Source: Macrostomum lignano (Eukaryota). From it: DNA of 64,000 nt. The notes below the pieces were generated by a model, which saw only the letters and a program-made list of their open reading frames with translations, searched no databases and had not been told where the DNA came from. The stretch lies in assembly GCA_002269645.1 (NCBI GenBank), contig NIVC01002536.1:31004-95003 (forward strand), given 5' to 3'. The position numbers and the translations under genes were made by a program. Below, piece after piece: positions 12,943 through 36,690 of this stretch. Numbering within the stretch: the stretch's first letter is position 1; every line of letters starts with the position of its first letter.

Positions 12943-15900
12943 AATGCTTGAGAGCAGCAGAGGCTACAGTCTGGTCTTCACCCGGGGTTAGGGCCACAGA
13001 CACCAGCTGCTGCTGCTGCTGCTGCTAATGCTTGAGAGCAGCAGAGGCTACAGTCTGGTCTTCACCCGGGGTTAGGGCCACAGACACCAGCTGCTGCTGC
13101 TGCTGCTGCTGCTAATGCTTGAAAGCAGCAGAGGCTACAGTCTGGTCTTAAACCCTGGGGTTTTCACACTGCGGCCAGGCGGCTGGAGTGGCCCATCTAG
13201 CTAGGCGTGAATCTGTGATTGCAACTATCAAGCCTCAGTGTTCTGCTTATCACAGTCTTAAACTACCAAAGGGAACCCAGCAGTGCCACATACTAAAACT
13301 ACCAAAGAAACTTCAGGAATAGAAGAGTGCGGTATAGTACGTGCTCAGCAACACCTAAATCCACCCCACTAGCGGGAAGTACGATGGACGAAACTTGCAT
13401 TCTCGAAGTTCCTTCACGCGTTACTGCATATTGCATAACCAATATGACATGGCTCAACTTCAGACAGCCCGACGGCATGAGTTAGTGGGTTTGGGTTTAG
13501 CTCAAAGATTAAGCAACCATTTTTCACCTGGAGTAGTCCATCGTGTACTTCGAAGTCTCGTCGCCAATTGTAAAGCCGTCGTATTCGCAGTGATACTGAC
13601 TCCCGTTGAATTTGGTGAACTCGAATCGAACGGTACCGGGTGTCAGAGAGCGAAACGTCTTCAGGCCTGTATTGTTGAGGCAGTCTATTTTTAAGCCTCA
13701 TTTATTTAAATATTAAGGCTTAGGCAACAAATTACTACTCTAGGCTGGAATCCTAATCTCCCACTATCATTCACTCACCATGCAGGCCCGTATTGCAGTC
13801 TTCTATTCCTATCTCATCGCTGATTGGCTGAAACATAGTCACTATGAGAGGCAGTCCTGTAATCTTCTATCCCTATCTAATTGCTGATTGGCTGGGACAT
13901 CTGTAAACTATGCGAGCCCGTTCTATAATTTTCTATCCCTATCTCATTGCTGATTGGCTGGGACTGCATACTAGCTAAGGAGCCTGTCCTATTGTCTTTT
14001 ACGCTTGTATCATGTCGTAGCTGATTGGCTGAAACAATTCTCAAACTGCCATTTCCCTCGGCTCCCCCTTTCAATCTCTCTTCTATCTCTCCTGTCTCAC
14101 CAATCCAGAAGTTGTCTGCATCACCGAATCCGTTCTCGTACTCGGTCCAAGATCGAACGAAGCTGACGCTGCCAGAAATTCTCTGCTGCATCAGGCAGAA
14201 CCTGCGGTCGCCAACCCAGCGCTCGATGCATGACTCGAAGCGGGCCACTGCGCAATGGAAATTCGAGGATTTTGTGTACCTTTGAGAAATAGCTTCAGAG
14301 ATAAAATCGATAAAATAATAGAACCAATTCTAGGAAGCCGTTCTTCTAGGTAAGCAAAAATATTTTAGCACTTAAAAACAAAAAAACTACTCTTACTACT
14401 GCCGATAGTAGTATGGATTTGAAATAATAAATATCCCTATTAAATCAGAAAGCCGATAAAATTATAAGCCGTGGGAAAATATTGAATTTGTTCAATATTT
14501 ATAAGCTCAAGAATGGAGTCACTGAGCTACAACAACAGACTTCCCCATGAAATAATTGGATATTAAATCTCGTCTCCAAGTATTCCCCCCACTTCTTGTG
14601 TGTTTGGGTTTGGGGAAAGTTGAGGGTAGCACTCTGTAGCTTCCAGTATGCGGATCCACCTGCATATCGCGTCCATATCTAATAGGGGTTCATTGGTCTC
14701 GCATGGCATAGATGTGGGGGGACAAAATTTCCAGCAGCGATCAATACAGCTTTTATAGCTATTTATATACTAGCAGCTAGTGCTGCAGGCTAACGCACAG
14801 CTTGAATGATAACCCATAGGCCGGCTCTGCCATCCCCATGGACTAAACTTGACACTCAAAGAGTCTCCCAATGCCTCTGCACTTCAATCAGGGCCTGGCA
14901 CTGCGGTTCCTCCCGGCTCGCAGCACACAGCTTCTTCATTCCTTTGCTTCCAAGCCTCCCAGTACCCAGCTGCCTCATCCCAGACTCCTTACCCAGCTTC
15001 CTCATCACGGGCAGCTGGCAGCCGGAGGGCGGGAACGGCGGTCCCCAGTTCCAGTACAGAACGCAGTCGTCCTTCGGACAGAAGGCGAAGGCCCGGCAGT
15101 GGAACATCCGGCCGCAGGCGGCGGCGCACTCGGTGCTGCCGAATCCGGGCGCCGTGCTGAACCGCAGCTGGCGGAGCTCCGAGCTGGCGGTCTGCGGCGG
15201 CGCCAGCAGAGACGAGTTCTGGACAGGTCGGAACCGGTAGCGCCCTGCGGAGTTGCCATGCAGGGATCGGTTTGACTGGGCTGAGACTGCAATCTGAATT
15301 GTTCTGGGGATCTGAGAGGCTGACTCTCTCTGAGACTGCAATCTGAGAGGCTGAGGACCAGCCTCTCAGATCCCAATTGCTGGGCCAGCCTCTCAGATCC
15401 CAGTTGCTTGCAGACTGTTCTGAATATTGCAGGATAATAAATTCGTTGAGCGTTATATAGAAAATTGATTCACCCCGCCCCAATGTCCAGATGTGCAACC
15501 CACAGCTCAGCCGCTGGTGGGTCGCCATATATTTTTAATTACCCCAGCTAATGCTGGCACCCATTTTACAGCTGAGTGAACTGAAGCAATGCGGAGTTAA
15601 GTGTCTTGCTCAAAGACACAAATTGTTCCGAGTGGGTCGAGAATCGAACCCCCGACCTTTCAGTCGTAAGTCCGACACTCTAACTACTAGACTACAATGC
15701 ATGCAGCCCTAAGAGTTTATCAACAGATTATTAACTGGTTATCAGGACGCCATGCAGGGCTAGTAGATGGGGGGACGTCGTTTGCCCAGCCAGCTAGCAA
15801 AAGTACATGGCTAACCCTCCTTACAGATCATAGCCCAAATTGTTTCACCTTTGGGACACACCCCTCCGGTATGGATTGAAAAATCCTGGTGGCTAAGCTA

Positions 15901-16039
15901 TACCGTAGGCATGATAATCGACTGCAGTTGTAGAGAAATACCAGCGAATTGTCTTACAGTTATCGCAGCTCAGGACCAGCGCCAGATGCAGACAAATGAA
16001 ACAGAAAATCCACAATAGCAGTGCGGCGATGCGCTTCAT
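12051..16039 (-). CDS. Secreted protein: signal peptide + PAN/apple-like domain + fibrinogen C-terminal (FReD) domain, about 302 aa; exons 16039-15958, 15244-14993, 14247-14101, 13666-13528, 12339-12051
   Basis: Hydrophobic leader MKRIAALLLWIFCFICLHLALVLSC; ECAAACGRMFHCRAFAF...CVLY (PAN-like Cys pattern); QQRISGSVSFVRSWTEYENGFG..NFWIG; EYDGFTIGDETSKY; GMKFSTTDQDND..C...GGWWFGAC..ANPNG. All four GT-AG introns are phase-compatible (1,1,1,2). Confidence 0.85.
12536..13148. repeat. Composite minisatellite (about 70-95 bp) with a variable-length (CTG)n core, in intron 4 of the FReD gene
   Basis: About 8 units of CCCCGGGGTTAGGGCCACAGACACCAG(CTG)nCTAATGCTTGAGAGCAGCAGAGGCTACAGTCTGGTCTT. Confidence 0.88.
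13795..14036. repeat. Degenerate repeat of about 60 bp in intron 3 of the FReD gene
   Basis: Recurring CTATCTCAT.GCTGATTGGCTG(A/G) motif, about 4 copies. Confidence 0.65.
15466..15696 (-). mobile_element. tRNA-headed SINE, family B, copy 2 (internally deleted)
   Basis: Aligns by eye with 10860-11140, for example ACCCCAGCTAATGCTGGCACCCATTT and GAATCGAACCCCCGACCTT. Confidence 0.8.
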
Positions 16040-16444
16040 GGCTTGCTTGAATTGTCAGCAAAAAATTAGATGCCGTTTCATAGCTGCCTTGAAGCAGAGC
16101 GATTTCAAATATTTTTAGCTAAGCCTCCCCTGTGAGGTGGCGCCTTGGCAACCAAATGATAAATAGAACATAGAAATACTGCTGCAAGCCCACTGAGTTC
16201 AAAACATGACCAATGAGCAGTCTACGTATCAGCACAGGGATAGAAGATTTCCAGTACTATGTTCATCCCAAGTAGAATGCATCAAATTACAGAGTACTCA
16301 GCTTATTGAATTGGTAAGAACTATCCAGTGCTGCTCAAAAAAAAGTAGCTTATGCTCAACTATGCTGAACACTAAGCGTACGCTCGCGCCTTTCAGGCAG
16401 GTAATCCGAAACAAACTGATCCGGACCTGGAACTGCAGTTGCTC

Positions 16445-16926
16445 AATCCTCAGTTGATCCCTCACAGATCCCAGTTGCTGGGCCAGCCTCCCAGATCCCC
16501 AGTTGCTGGGCCAGCCTTCCAGATCCCCAGTTGCTGGGCCAGCCTCTCAGATCCTCAGTTGCTGGGCCAGCCTCCCAGATCCCCAGTTGCTGGGCCAGCC
16601 TTCCAGATCCCCAGTTGCTGGGCCAGCCTTCCAGATCCCCAGTTGCTGGGCCAGCCTTTCAGATCCCCAGTTGCTGGGCCAGCCTCTCAGATTCTCAGTT
16701 GCTGGGCCAGCATCCCAGTTGCGGGCCAGCCTCCAAAATCCTCAGTTTCTGGGCCAGCCTCTCAGATCCCCAGTTGCTGGGCCAGCCTCCCAGATCTGTC
16801 GCTGGGCCAGCCTTCCAGATCCCCAGTTGCTGGGCTAGCCTTCCAGATCCCCAGTTGCTGGGCCAGCCTCCCAGATCTCAGTCGCTGGGCCAGCCTTCCA
16901 GATCCCCAGTTGCTGGGCCAGCCTCT
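16445..16926. repeat. 28-bp minisatellite between RPL10 and the FReD gene, with degenerate copies at about 15280-15415
   Basis: Tandem CCCAGTTGCTGGGCCAGCCTCCCAGATC. Confidence 0.9.
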
Positions 16927-17183
16927 CGGCTGTTGGCCCCCTGCCGCCCTCTCCCAGATCCACAGGCTTTATAAGGCTTATAGAAGTAAAAAAATGTACA
17001 AGAGGCTTCTAAACCGCCGTCACCAGATTTTCTCTCCATCAGTCAATAGCGCAAAACTAAAGACACGCCAAAAACGACTTATCATAAAGACTTGGTATAT
17101 TTCTTTTCAAAAGTTCATAGCGCACTTTTGCACAACGGCTCCGACAGTTGTCCTGTTATCTCAGACAGTTATTGGATGCAGGC

Positions 17184-18445
17184 CTAGCTGGCCATGCGCA
17201 TAGCGGCCTGCACCTGCTTCCAGTTGTCCAGCGGCCCGTGCTCCGGCAGGTACTTGCAGCCGACGCCGTCAGGCTGCAGGCGGCCCTCGGCGCGCATCCG
17301 CTCGTAGTCGGCTCTGTCCCACTTCGTGAAGCCCCAGCGACGGCTGACGGCGATCTTCTGCCTGCCGGGGAACTTCATCTTGGATCGGCGGAAAGCCTCC
17401 ACCATGGAGTTCACGTTGTTTTCCTTGCCGCGCACCGACATGATCACCTGGGGCGGGCAATTCCATTCGCTAGTTGTCAGTTATGACAAGGATTGGCAAA
17501 GCCAGTTATCATCAGACTACCGGCTTATAAGCGGGGATTCCCAAGGCAGTTATGAGGAGATTCCCAAGGCAGTTATGAGGGGATTCCCAAGGCAGTTATG
17601 AGGGGATTCCCAAGGCAGTTATGAGGGGATTCCCAAGGCAGTTATGAGGGGATTCCCAGCCACGAGGGATTCGCAGGGGCTGTAGTGCAGTTACAGGGGA
17701 ATTCCCAGAGGCTGTAGTGCAGTTACAGGGGAATTCCCAGGGCTGTAGTGCAGTTACAGGGGAATTCCCAGAGGCTGTAGTGCAGTTACAGGGGAATTCC
17801 CAGAGGCTGTAGTGCAGTTACAGGGGAATTCTCAGAGGCTGTAGTGCAGTTACAGGGGAACTCCCAGAGGCTGTAGTGCAGTTACAGGGGAATTCCCAGG
17901 GCTGTAGTGCAGTTACAGGGTAATTCCCAGGGCTGTAGTGCAGTTACAGGGGAATTCCCAGAGGCTGTAGTGCAGTTACAGGGGAATTCCCAGGGCTGTA
18001 GTGCAGTTACAGGGGAATTCCCAGGGCTGTAGTACAGCTGACAAACCTGGCCGATGTTGACGCGGGCCACCAGGCCGTTCGGCTTGCCAAAGGCGCCGCG
18101 CATGCCAGTCTGCAGTCGATCGGCGCCGGCGCAGGACAACATCTTGTTGATGCGGGTCACGTGGAACGGGTGCAGCCGGACTCGCAGGTGGAAGGAGTCC
18201 TTGCCGCAGCTCTTCACCAGGTACTTGTTGGCGGCGATGCGGGCAGCTTCCAGAGCCTCTGCGGACAGCTGCTCATACTCGTCCGAGATCATGTGGACGC
18301 ACTGCGGGAAGTCGTCCACTCGGGCCTTCTTCTTGCCCAGATCGTAGATTCGAATCTTGGGATCGGGGACGCCGCGGCAGAAGCGCGACTTGGGGTACGG
18401 CTTGTTCTTGCAGTAGCGGTAGCAGCGGGCGGGGCGGCGACCCAT
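17184..18445 (-). CDS. RPL10: 60S ribosomal protein L10 (uL16), 220 aa; exons 18445-18047, 17447-17184
   Basis: [37 protein letters not shown]...GMRGAFGKP...GQ|VIMSVR...KFPGRQKI. Phase-0 GT-AG intron. Confidence 0.97.
17536..18033. repeat. Two adjacent related minisatellites (23 bp and 31-32 bp) filling the RPL10 intron
   Basis: TTCCCAAGGCAGTTATGAGGGGA array followed by TTCCCAGAGGCTGTAGTGCAGTTACAGGGGAA array. Confidence 0.9.
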
Positions 18446-18544
18446 TCTGAGCGATGGAGCATGCAGTTGAGCGATAAGGAGAATCAACTGGGTTAGCCAT
18501 CAGACAGTTTTTGAGCCAGATTTATAGAGATAAAGTGCCTTGTG

Positions 18545-20162
18545 CGATTCTCAGGGTGGTGATGGGGCGAATCTCAGGGTGATAATGGAGCGAATCTCAC
18601 GATGATGATGGGGCGAAGCTCAGGGTGATAATGGAGCGAATCTCACGATGATGATGGGGCGAAGCTCAGGGTGATAATGGAGCGAATCTCACGATGATGA
18701 TGGGGCGAAGCTCAGGGTGATAATGGAGCGAATCTCACGATGATGATGGGGCGAAGCTCAGGGTGATAATGGAGCGAATCTCACGATGATGATGGGGCGA
18801 ATCTCAGGGTGATAATGGAGCGAATCTCACGATGATGATGGGGCGAAGCTCAGGGTGATAATGGAGCGAATCTCACGATGATGATGGGGCGAAGCTCAGG
18901 GTGATAATGGAGCGAATCTCACGATGATGATGGGGCGAATCTCAGGGTGATAATGGAGCGAATATCACGATGATGATGGGGCGAATCTCAGGGCGGTGAT
19001 GGAGCGAATCTCAGGGTGGTGATGGAGCGAATCTCAGGACGGTGATGGAGCAAATCTCAGGGTGGTGATGGAGTGAATCTCACGATGATGATGGGCGAAT
19101 CTCAGGGTGATAATGGAGCGAATCTCATGGCGGTGATGGAGCAAATCTCAGGGTGGTGATGGAGTGAATCTCAGGGTGATAATGGAGCGAATCTCACGAT
19201 GATGATGGGGCGAATCTCAGGGTGATAATGGAGCGAATCTTACGATGATGATGGGGCGAAGGTCAGGGTGATAATGGAGCGAATCTCACGATGATGATGG
19301 GGCGAATCTCAGGGTGATAATGGAGCGAATCTCACGATGATGATGGGGCGAAGCTCAGGGTGATAATGGAGCGAATCTCACGATGATGATGGGGCGAATC
19401 TCAGGGTGATAATGGAGCGAATCTCACGATGATGATGGGGCGAAGCTCAGGGTGATAATGGAGCGAATCTCACGATGATGATGGGGCGAAGCTCAGGGTG
19501 ATAATGGAGCGAATCTTACGATGATGATGGGGCGAAGCTCAGTGTGATAATGGAGCGAATCTCACGATGATGATGGGGCGAAGCTCAGGGTGATAATGGA
19601 GCGAATCTCACGATTATGATGGGGCGAAGCTCAGGGTGATAATGGAGTGAATCTCACGATGATGATGGGGCGAATCTCAGGGTGATAATGGAGCGAATCT
19701 CACGATGATGATGGGGCGAATCTCAGGGCGGTGATAGAGCGAATCTCAGGGTGGTGATGGAGCGAATCTCAGGGCGGTGATGGAGCGAATCTCAGGGTGG
19801 TGATGGAGTGAATCTCACGATGATGATGGGGCGAATCTCAGGGTGATAATGGAGTGAATCTCAGGGCGGTGATTGAGCAAATCTCAGGGTGGTGATGGAG
19901 TGAATCTCACGATGATGATGGGGCGAATCTCAGGGTGATAATGGAGCGAATCTCACGATGATGATGGGGCGAATCTCAGGGCGGTGATGGAGCGAATCTC
20001 AGGGTGGTGGTGGGGTGAATCTCACGATTGTGATAGGGCGAATCTCAGGGTGGTGATAGGGCGGATCTCACGATTCTGATAGGGCGAATCTCGGGACGCA
20101 GATGGGGCGAATATCAGGGTGGTGATGGAGCGAATCTCAGGACGATGAAGCGATTCTCAGGA
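18545..20162. repeat. 46-bp (2 x 23) higher-order minisatellite upstream of the RPL10 start codon
   Basis: Alternating GGGCGAATCTCAGGGTGATAATG and GAGCGAATCTCACGATGATGATG subunits, degenerating at the edges. Confidence 0.92.
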
Positions 20163-20994
20163 TGTCGAGAGCGACTTTCCCACGAAGATTTATGAGGAAT
20201 GAAAGGGCAGTTTAGCAGATTTACAAGTGCTACCAACTAAGCAAAGCACAACAAACAGACCATCTGCTCAACAAAAAGTCTACCTCAAAAAACTGATGTA
20301 GTATATATTTCCAACTGTTTAACACGTCAAAGGTAACAAGCAATACTAATTGAATATACAGACACAGCTGAATAACAATAGACAGTTAATAGCCAGTAGG
20401 TAAGAGAGACGGGGTAAAGAGGCAAACAAATATGCATGAAAAATAAAACGAGATGGAACTCCAAACTTAGTTTTTGTCCATAGTGTAAATAAAAAAATGA
20501 AAATAGACATCAATTTTAATGGAATGATTTTGATAAGTTTCTATTCTTGAAAATTTAATTGGTCAGTTTTCGTTGAAACGCAAAAAACCAGGTTAAAACA
20601 AAAACATGAAAACAAAATGGGTGACCGCAGGCAAAACAGCTTCCGTTTAAACTGACGAAAGACGCAACAATTTTGAGTCAAATCCCCAGTTAGAAAAGCT
20701 CTGTTAGGTTACTGGGATTAAGCGTTGTTATAAATGATAGATCCGTTATTCAAGGCTGTTCCCAGGTGCGGACAGGTTAGTTATTCATATCACACTGTAA
20801 ATATTGACGAGACGGCTGTTGTTCCAACCGAGCTGCAATGTTAGGCGTGTTAATTTGGCTTATAAATATAGGTTATGATTAGAGTGGATTTAAGTTAGAA
20901 TCACTACAAAACAATATGTTAGATAAATATGCTGATAAAAGATGTGTACTCTTCTCTGCTGCTGCACCCGAACAGAATTTTTCCTTGTGTGCAT

Positions 20995-21740
20995 TGCTGG
21001 CACAGTGGGGGGCCGCAACCCCCCTCCCTGTGTTTTCTACCGCAGCTCAGCTGGCACAGTGGGGGGCGCAACCCCCCTCCCTGTGTTTTCTACCGCAGCT
21101 CAGCTGGCACAGTGGGGGGCGCAACCCCCCTCCCTGTGTTTTCTACCGCAGCTCAGCTGGCACAGTGGGGGGCCGCAACCCCCCTCCCTGTGTTTTCTAC
21201 CGCAGCTCAGCTGGCACAGTGGGGGGCCGCAACCCCTCTTCCAGTGTTTTTACCGCAGCTCAGCTGGCACAGTGGGGGGCCGCAACCCCTCTTCCAGTGT
21301 TTTTACCGCAGCTCAGCTGGCACAGTGGGGGGCCGCAACCCCTCTTCCAGTGTTTTTACCGCAGCTCAGCTGGCACAGTGGGGGGCCGCAACCCCTCTTC
21401 CAGTGTTTTTACCGCAGCTCAGCTGGCACAGTGGGGGGCCGCAACCCCTCTTCCAGTGTTTTTACCGCAGCTCAGCTGGCACAGTGGGGGCGCAACCCCT
21501 CTTCCAGTGTTTTTACCGCAGCTCAGCTGGCACAGTGGGGGGCCGCAACCCCTCTTCCAGTGTTTTTACCGCAGCTCAGCTGGCACAGTGGGGGCCGCAA
21601 CCCCTCTTCCAGTGTTTTTACCGCAGCTCAGCTGGCACAGTGGGGGGCCGCAACCCCCCTCCCAGTGTTTTTACCGCAGCTCAGCTGGCACAGTGGGGGG
21701 CCGCAACCCCCCTCCCTGTGTTTTCTACCGCAGCTCAGCA
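20995..21740. repeat. 53-bp minisatellite
   Basis: About 14 copies of CCGCAGCTCAGCTGGCACAGTGGGGGGCCGCAACCCCTCTTCCAGTGTTTTTA. Confidence 0.92.
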
Positions 21741-21897
21741 TAATCAGCTCTATTCGGGTGCAGAGAAGTTTAATGACTTACTATGTAAATAGAATTAGAT
21801 GTGTTAGTTTTAACCTGTCGAACATATAGTGATACTATAAAATAGCAACCACACAATATAGTTCTAAAAGCAAAAGCTAAAATAGTTAACAAAATAA

Positions 21898-32761
<10,864 letters not shown>

Positions 32762-35700
32762 TCCAAGAGGCAGAGGAAATCACCAGAAACACATCCAGCT
32801 TAAAGTACTAAAGATACCTAGGCCTACTGTTAAAAGATAAACTCCAAAATCGTGCTAAAATAGCCAGGGTTAGAAGTTAAATGAAACAATATAAAACTGT
32901 TGTTGTCGGCCGTCCGACCATGATGCAGATCCGAAGAGCGCCAGTTGCTCACAGTTAAATGGCACTGTACGTACACACGAAACACAATCAAATTCATTAT
33001 GTAAATTATTATTATGTTGAAAATAGTTGTTTTGATATTCTTTACCAGATGGTTTTCCTTTATTATGTTTAATTTGTTTAACTTTATTGACACTCTCCGT
33101 CTTTGAATATCTTAACAATTATGGTGACAGTCCTGCCTGCTATCCGTCAGTAAGTTTGTATTTTGCCATACACTATCGTTCCCAATTTATTTATTACTTT
33201 TAAAGTTCGACCGTATGTCAATGGTAAGTTGCCAATATGGTTTCTGATTGCTCACTCATTGAGCAGAAATGAACGAACCAAGTGCTCAAATAGGGTCCCA
33301 AGCCCAACATCTATTTAATATGAATATGCACAATAAAAAACCAAATTAGGCTTTAAATCTTTCAAAAGTATGAATTGATAGAAGTATCAATTATTGACTG
33401 TATTTAATTGACGTACAGTCGTCACCAACCCAAGATTTTGCATTGGTGCTATGTCGTGTCGTGTGCTATGATTTACTTTATTTATTATTAATTCATATTG
33501 TTCTGCATAAAAAATGTGAATAATGATCGTCAAATTGCATTTGCTAGACAATGATCAAATTTCACCACTCGTTGGCTTTGATAATTATATTTGAGTCGCG
33601 CAGGCCGTGGATTACATACAAAGAACTGTCAAATACTGCCAGATAAGCCATAGACTCGCTTCGCTCGGAGATTCAGTATGGCTCATCTCCTGGTATCAGG
33701 TATGACCAAACCCTAAGTGGCCGACACATCAGTCGTCAGATCCCATTTCTGAATCCCTAAACATATCCGATTACTGAATCCCCCAAAAGATTCATTCCTG
33801 CGGGCGAATTCGCACTAAATTGAACGCAGATTTCATCAAATAGAGCGAAAAAGACATACGCTCGTATTTGACCTCTGAAATCATGAAACCTTATTATTTT
33901 CTTTTGCAGCTCCATTGATGCGATAACCTTGAGTTCAGTTGAACTTTAACTGTTCTCTTTGATCCTGCATGCTCACACATGCAGTAGCCATGACCGGATT
34001 TAGCCAACAGAAACTGTCCTGTCGACTTGAAAATTGAAACTACACGTATGTACTCTTTCCAGATTTATTATTTAATTTGAATACACAAAATCCCTATCTC
34101 TAGAATCGATAAAAAACTGACGCAGAAAAGAAAATCCATAATTTCACGAGGATGTCAGGCTGGCTAAGCTCAAGTGATACACCAACAGCGCCAGTTAACG
34201 TTGTTTATTCAATTCGATATCGCGGGAGTCGCATAAAGTCGCACAGTAGTAAAGTATCAAATATGTTAACAACATTTACGCACGCACGTCAAGAAAAGTC
34301 AGAAAAACCACAAGAGAACTGATAGAAAGATACCAGTCTAGGCGCTGGGTGACGCTTCCAAAATTTATAATTGTAGTCTTAACATCGCAAAACAACGCAT
34401 AATTATTTTTCAACGCCAATTTAGTTGATAAAGTTTTTTTCACTGTTGCTAGTCAAAAAAAGAAATGCACATACCACAATATTAAAAATAAATTCCTTTT
34501 ACACAAAATATAAATATCCAAAGAAAATTCTTAATTACCGTTTCCAATTGGAAAAATTTAAAGCCAATTTAAAACACGAAAAATAAGTAGGAGATTGTTG
34601 GGCAAAGTCTGCACTACAATGACGCATCTTTTAGTTGCGCAAAGAGGCACCTACGGTTTCAATGGAGCAGTTGCTGTGAACTTAAGTTCGTTTAAAAAAT
34701 AGTGCAAACACGACTGACCGCTGACTGCTGCTCTCATAAATTTATACGAGAGAATGCGGGTGAAGTCCTACACGGGTTCATAGGTTAGCAAAAAGCATTT
34801 TCAATTTTGTTTAAGAAGCCGAGCATTCAATCGTTAAAACGATAAGCCGACTGATGTCCCGAATACGGGACAAGCAGCCACCTCTGAGTTCTATGGTAAA
34901 AACTAAAAACTAATGTAAATTGATTTCGTATGGTGGACACTCCAGCTCCATTTGCACGGTGGGCATGACTTGTCTTAGACATGACTTCTCTGCCTGTGTC
35001 TGTACCACAGACCATAGACGGCGTTTTGACCATAGACGAAAGTAGACGCATTTTGGTCGAATATGATTTGGCAGTGTCTTAACATGAATGCCGGAATTCT
35101 TAAAGAAAATGAAAATGCTATACACCTTTTTCCACTCAATCTCAACAAAACTCGCATTCTAGTTCGGCAAGCCGAGATTTGTCTTCATCATTCTATATTC
35201 CATATAGTGCATTCTATAGTACTGTCAGCTGGAAGCGAACTTCAAGAGACAGCCCTCGGTAAAAGAGGGATGCTATAGAGTGCCATAATTACTGTGTAGT
35301 ACATTACGAGTATAATAAATCATAATGAGTTAAGAACATAAACTCGGCAGGTCACCCGGTCGAAGATATCAGCTTCAGTAAGTCAAAATTCTTATTAATT
35401 AGAAAAAATTACACGCGGCACAAAAAATCGATGCGTAAAACCAAAATTTTTGGATGGTTCGTAAATTACACGACAACATAAAGCTATTGTAGTACGAATT
35501 GAAGGCGAGCGAAAGCTACGAGCTTTAACACCAATTTAATTTGCTGACGCGATTTTTTAAATTTTTTAGATTCGTATGTAAAGTTCGACAGATGAAAAAT
35601 GAGAATCTAAAAGTATGGAGAAGATTATATAAAAGGCATAAAAGTGAAACAAAAATAGGACCTACTTTAGTAGAAAATAACAATTACAATTAACACTTAA

Positions 35701-35875
35701 ATTATATTTATGATCAATTACATTGAAACGTTAATTAAAATTAGCTCGATACTTTAAAAGCCAGTTGTCTACCAATCCAGACGAATGCAGGTAAAAGTCT
35801 AAATCTCCCAACAATAGATCCTAGCTTTCTAACTAGCGAAATTGTTAGTTAATCAGGAAGCTAACTGACGAACTA

Positions 35876-36690
35876 GCTTACCGGGGACCCAGGCGTAGCT
35901 AACCGGAGACCCAGGCGTAACTAACCGGGGACCCAGGCGTAGCTAACCGGGGACCAAGGCGTAGCTAACCGGGGACCAAGGCGTAGCTAACGGGGGACCC
36001 AGGCGTAGCTAACCAGGACCCAGACGTAACTAACCGGGGACCCAGGCGTAGCTAACCGGGGACCAAGGCGTAGCTAACCGGGGACCCAGGCGTAGCTAAC
36101 CAGGAGCCCAGGCGTAGCTAACCAGGAGCCCAGGCGTAGCTAACCGGGTACCCAGGCGTAGCTAACCGGGGACCCAGGCGTAGCTAACCGGGTACCCAGG
36201 CGTAGCTAACCGGGGACCCAGGCGTAGCTAACCAGGACCCAGACGTAACTAACCGGGGACCCAGGCGTAGCTAACCGGGGACCAAGGCGTAGCTAACGGG
36301 GGACCCAGGCGTAGCTAACCGGGACCCAGACGTAACTAACCGGGGACCCAGGCGTAGCTAACCAGGAGCCCAGGCTTAGCTAACCGGGTACCCAGGCGTA
36401 GCTAACCGGGGACCCAGGCGTAGCTAACCGGGGACCCAGGCGTAGCTAACCGGGACCCAGACGTAACTAACCGGGGACCAAGGCGTAGCTAACCGGGGAC
36501 CCAGGCGTAGCTAACCAGGAGCCCAGGCGTAGCTAACCAGGAGCCCAGGCGTAGCTAACCGGGTACCCAGGCGTAGCTAACCGGGTACCCAGGCGTAGCT
36601 AACCGGGGACCCAGGCGTAGCTAACCGGGACCCAGACGTAACTAACCGGGGACCAAGGCGTAGCTAACCGGGGACCCAGGCGTAGCTAAC
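35876..36690. repeat. 22-bp minisatellite about 60 bp downstream of the Kelch gene stop codon
   Basis: Tandem GTAGCTAACCGGGGACCCAGGC variants. Confidence 0.92.

Noticed and set aside
13640-13666. GAGAGCGAAACGTCTTCAGG resembling the 3' half of a hammerhead
   Set aside because: There is no CUGANGA core or stem II partner upstream, and the opposite strand is FReD exon 4 (GLKTFRSL).
17448-18046. snoRNA in the RPL10 intron, as in some other animals
   Set aside because: The intron is almost entirely tandem repeat, and no C/D or H/ACA structure was recognised.
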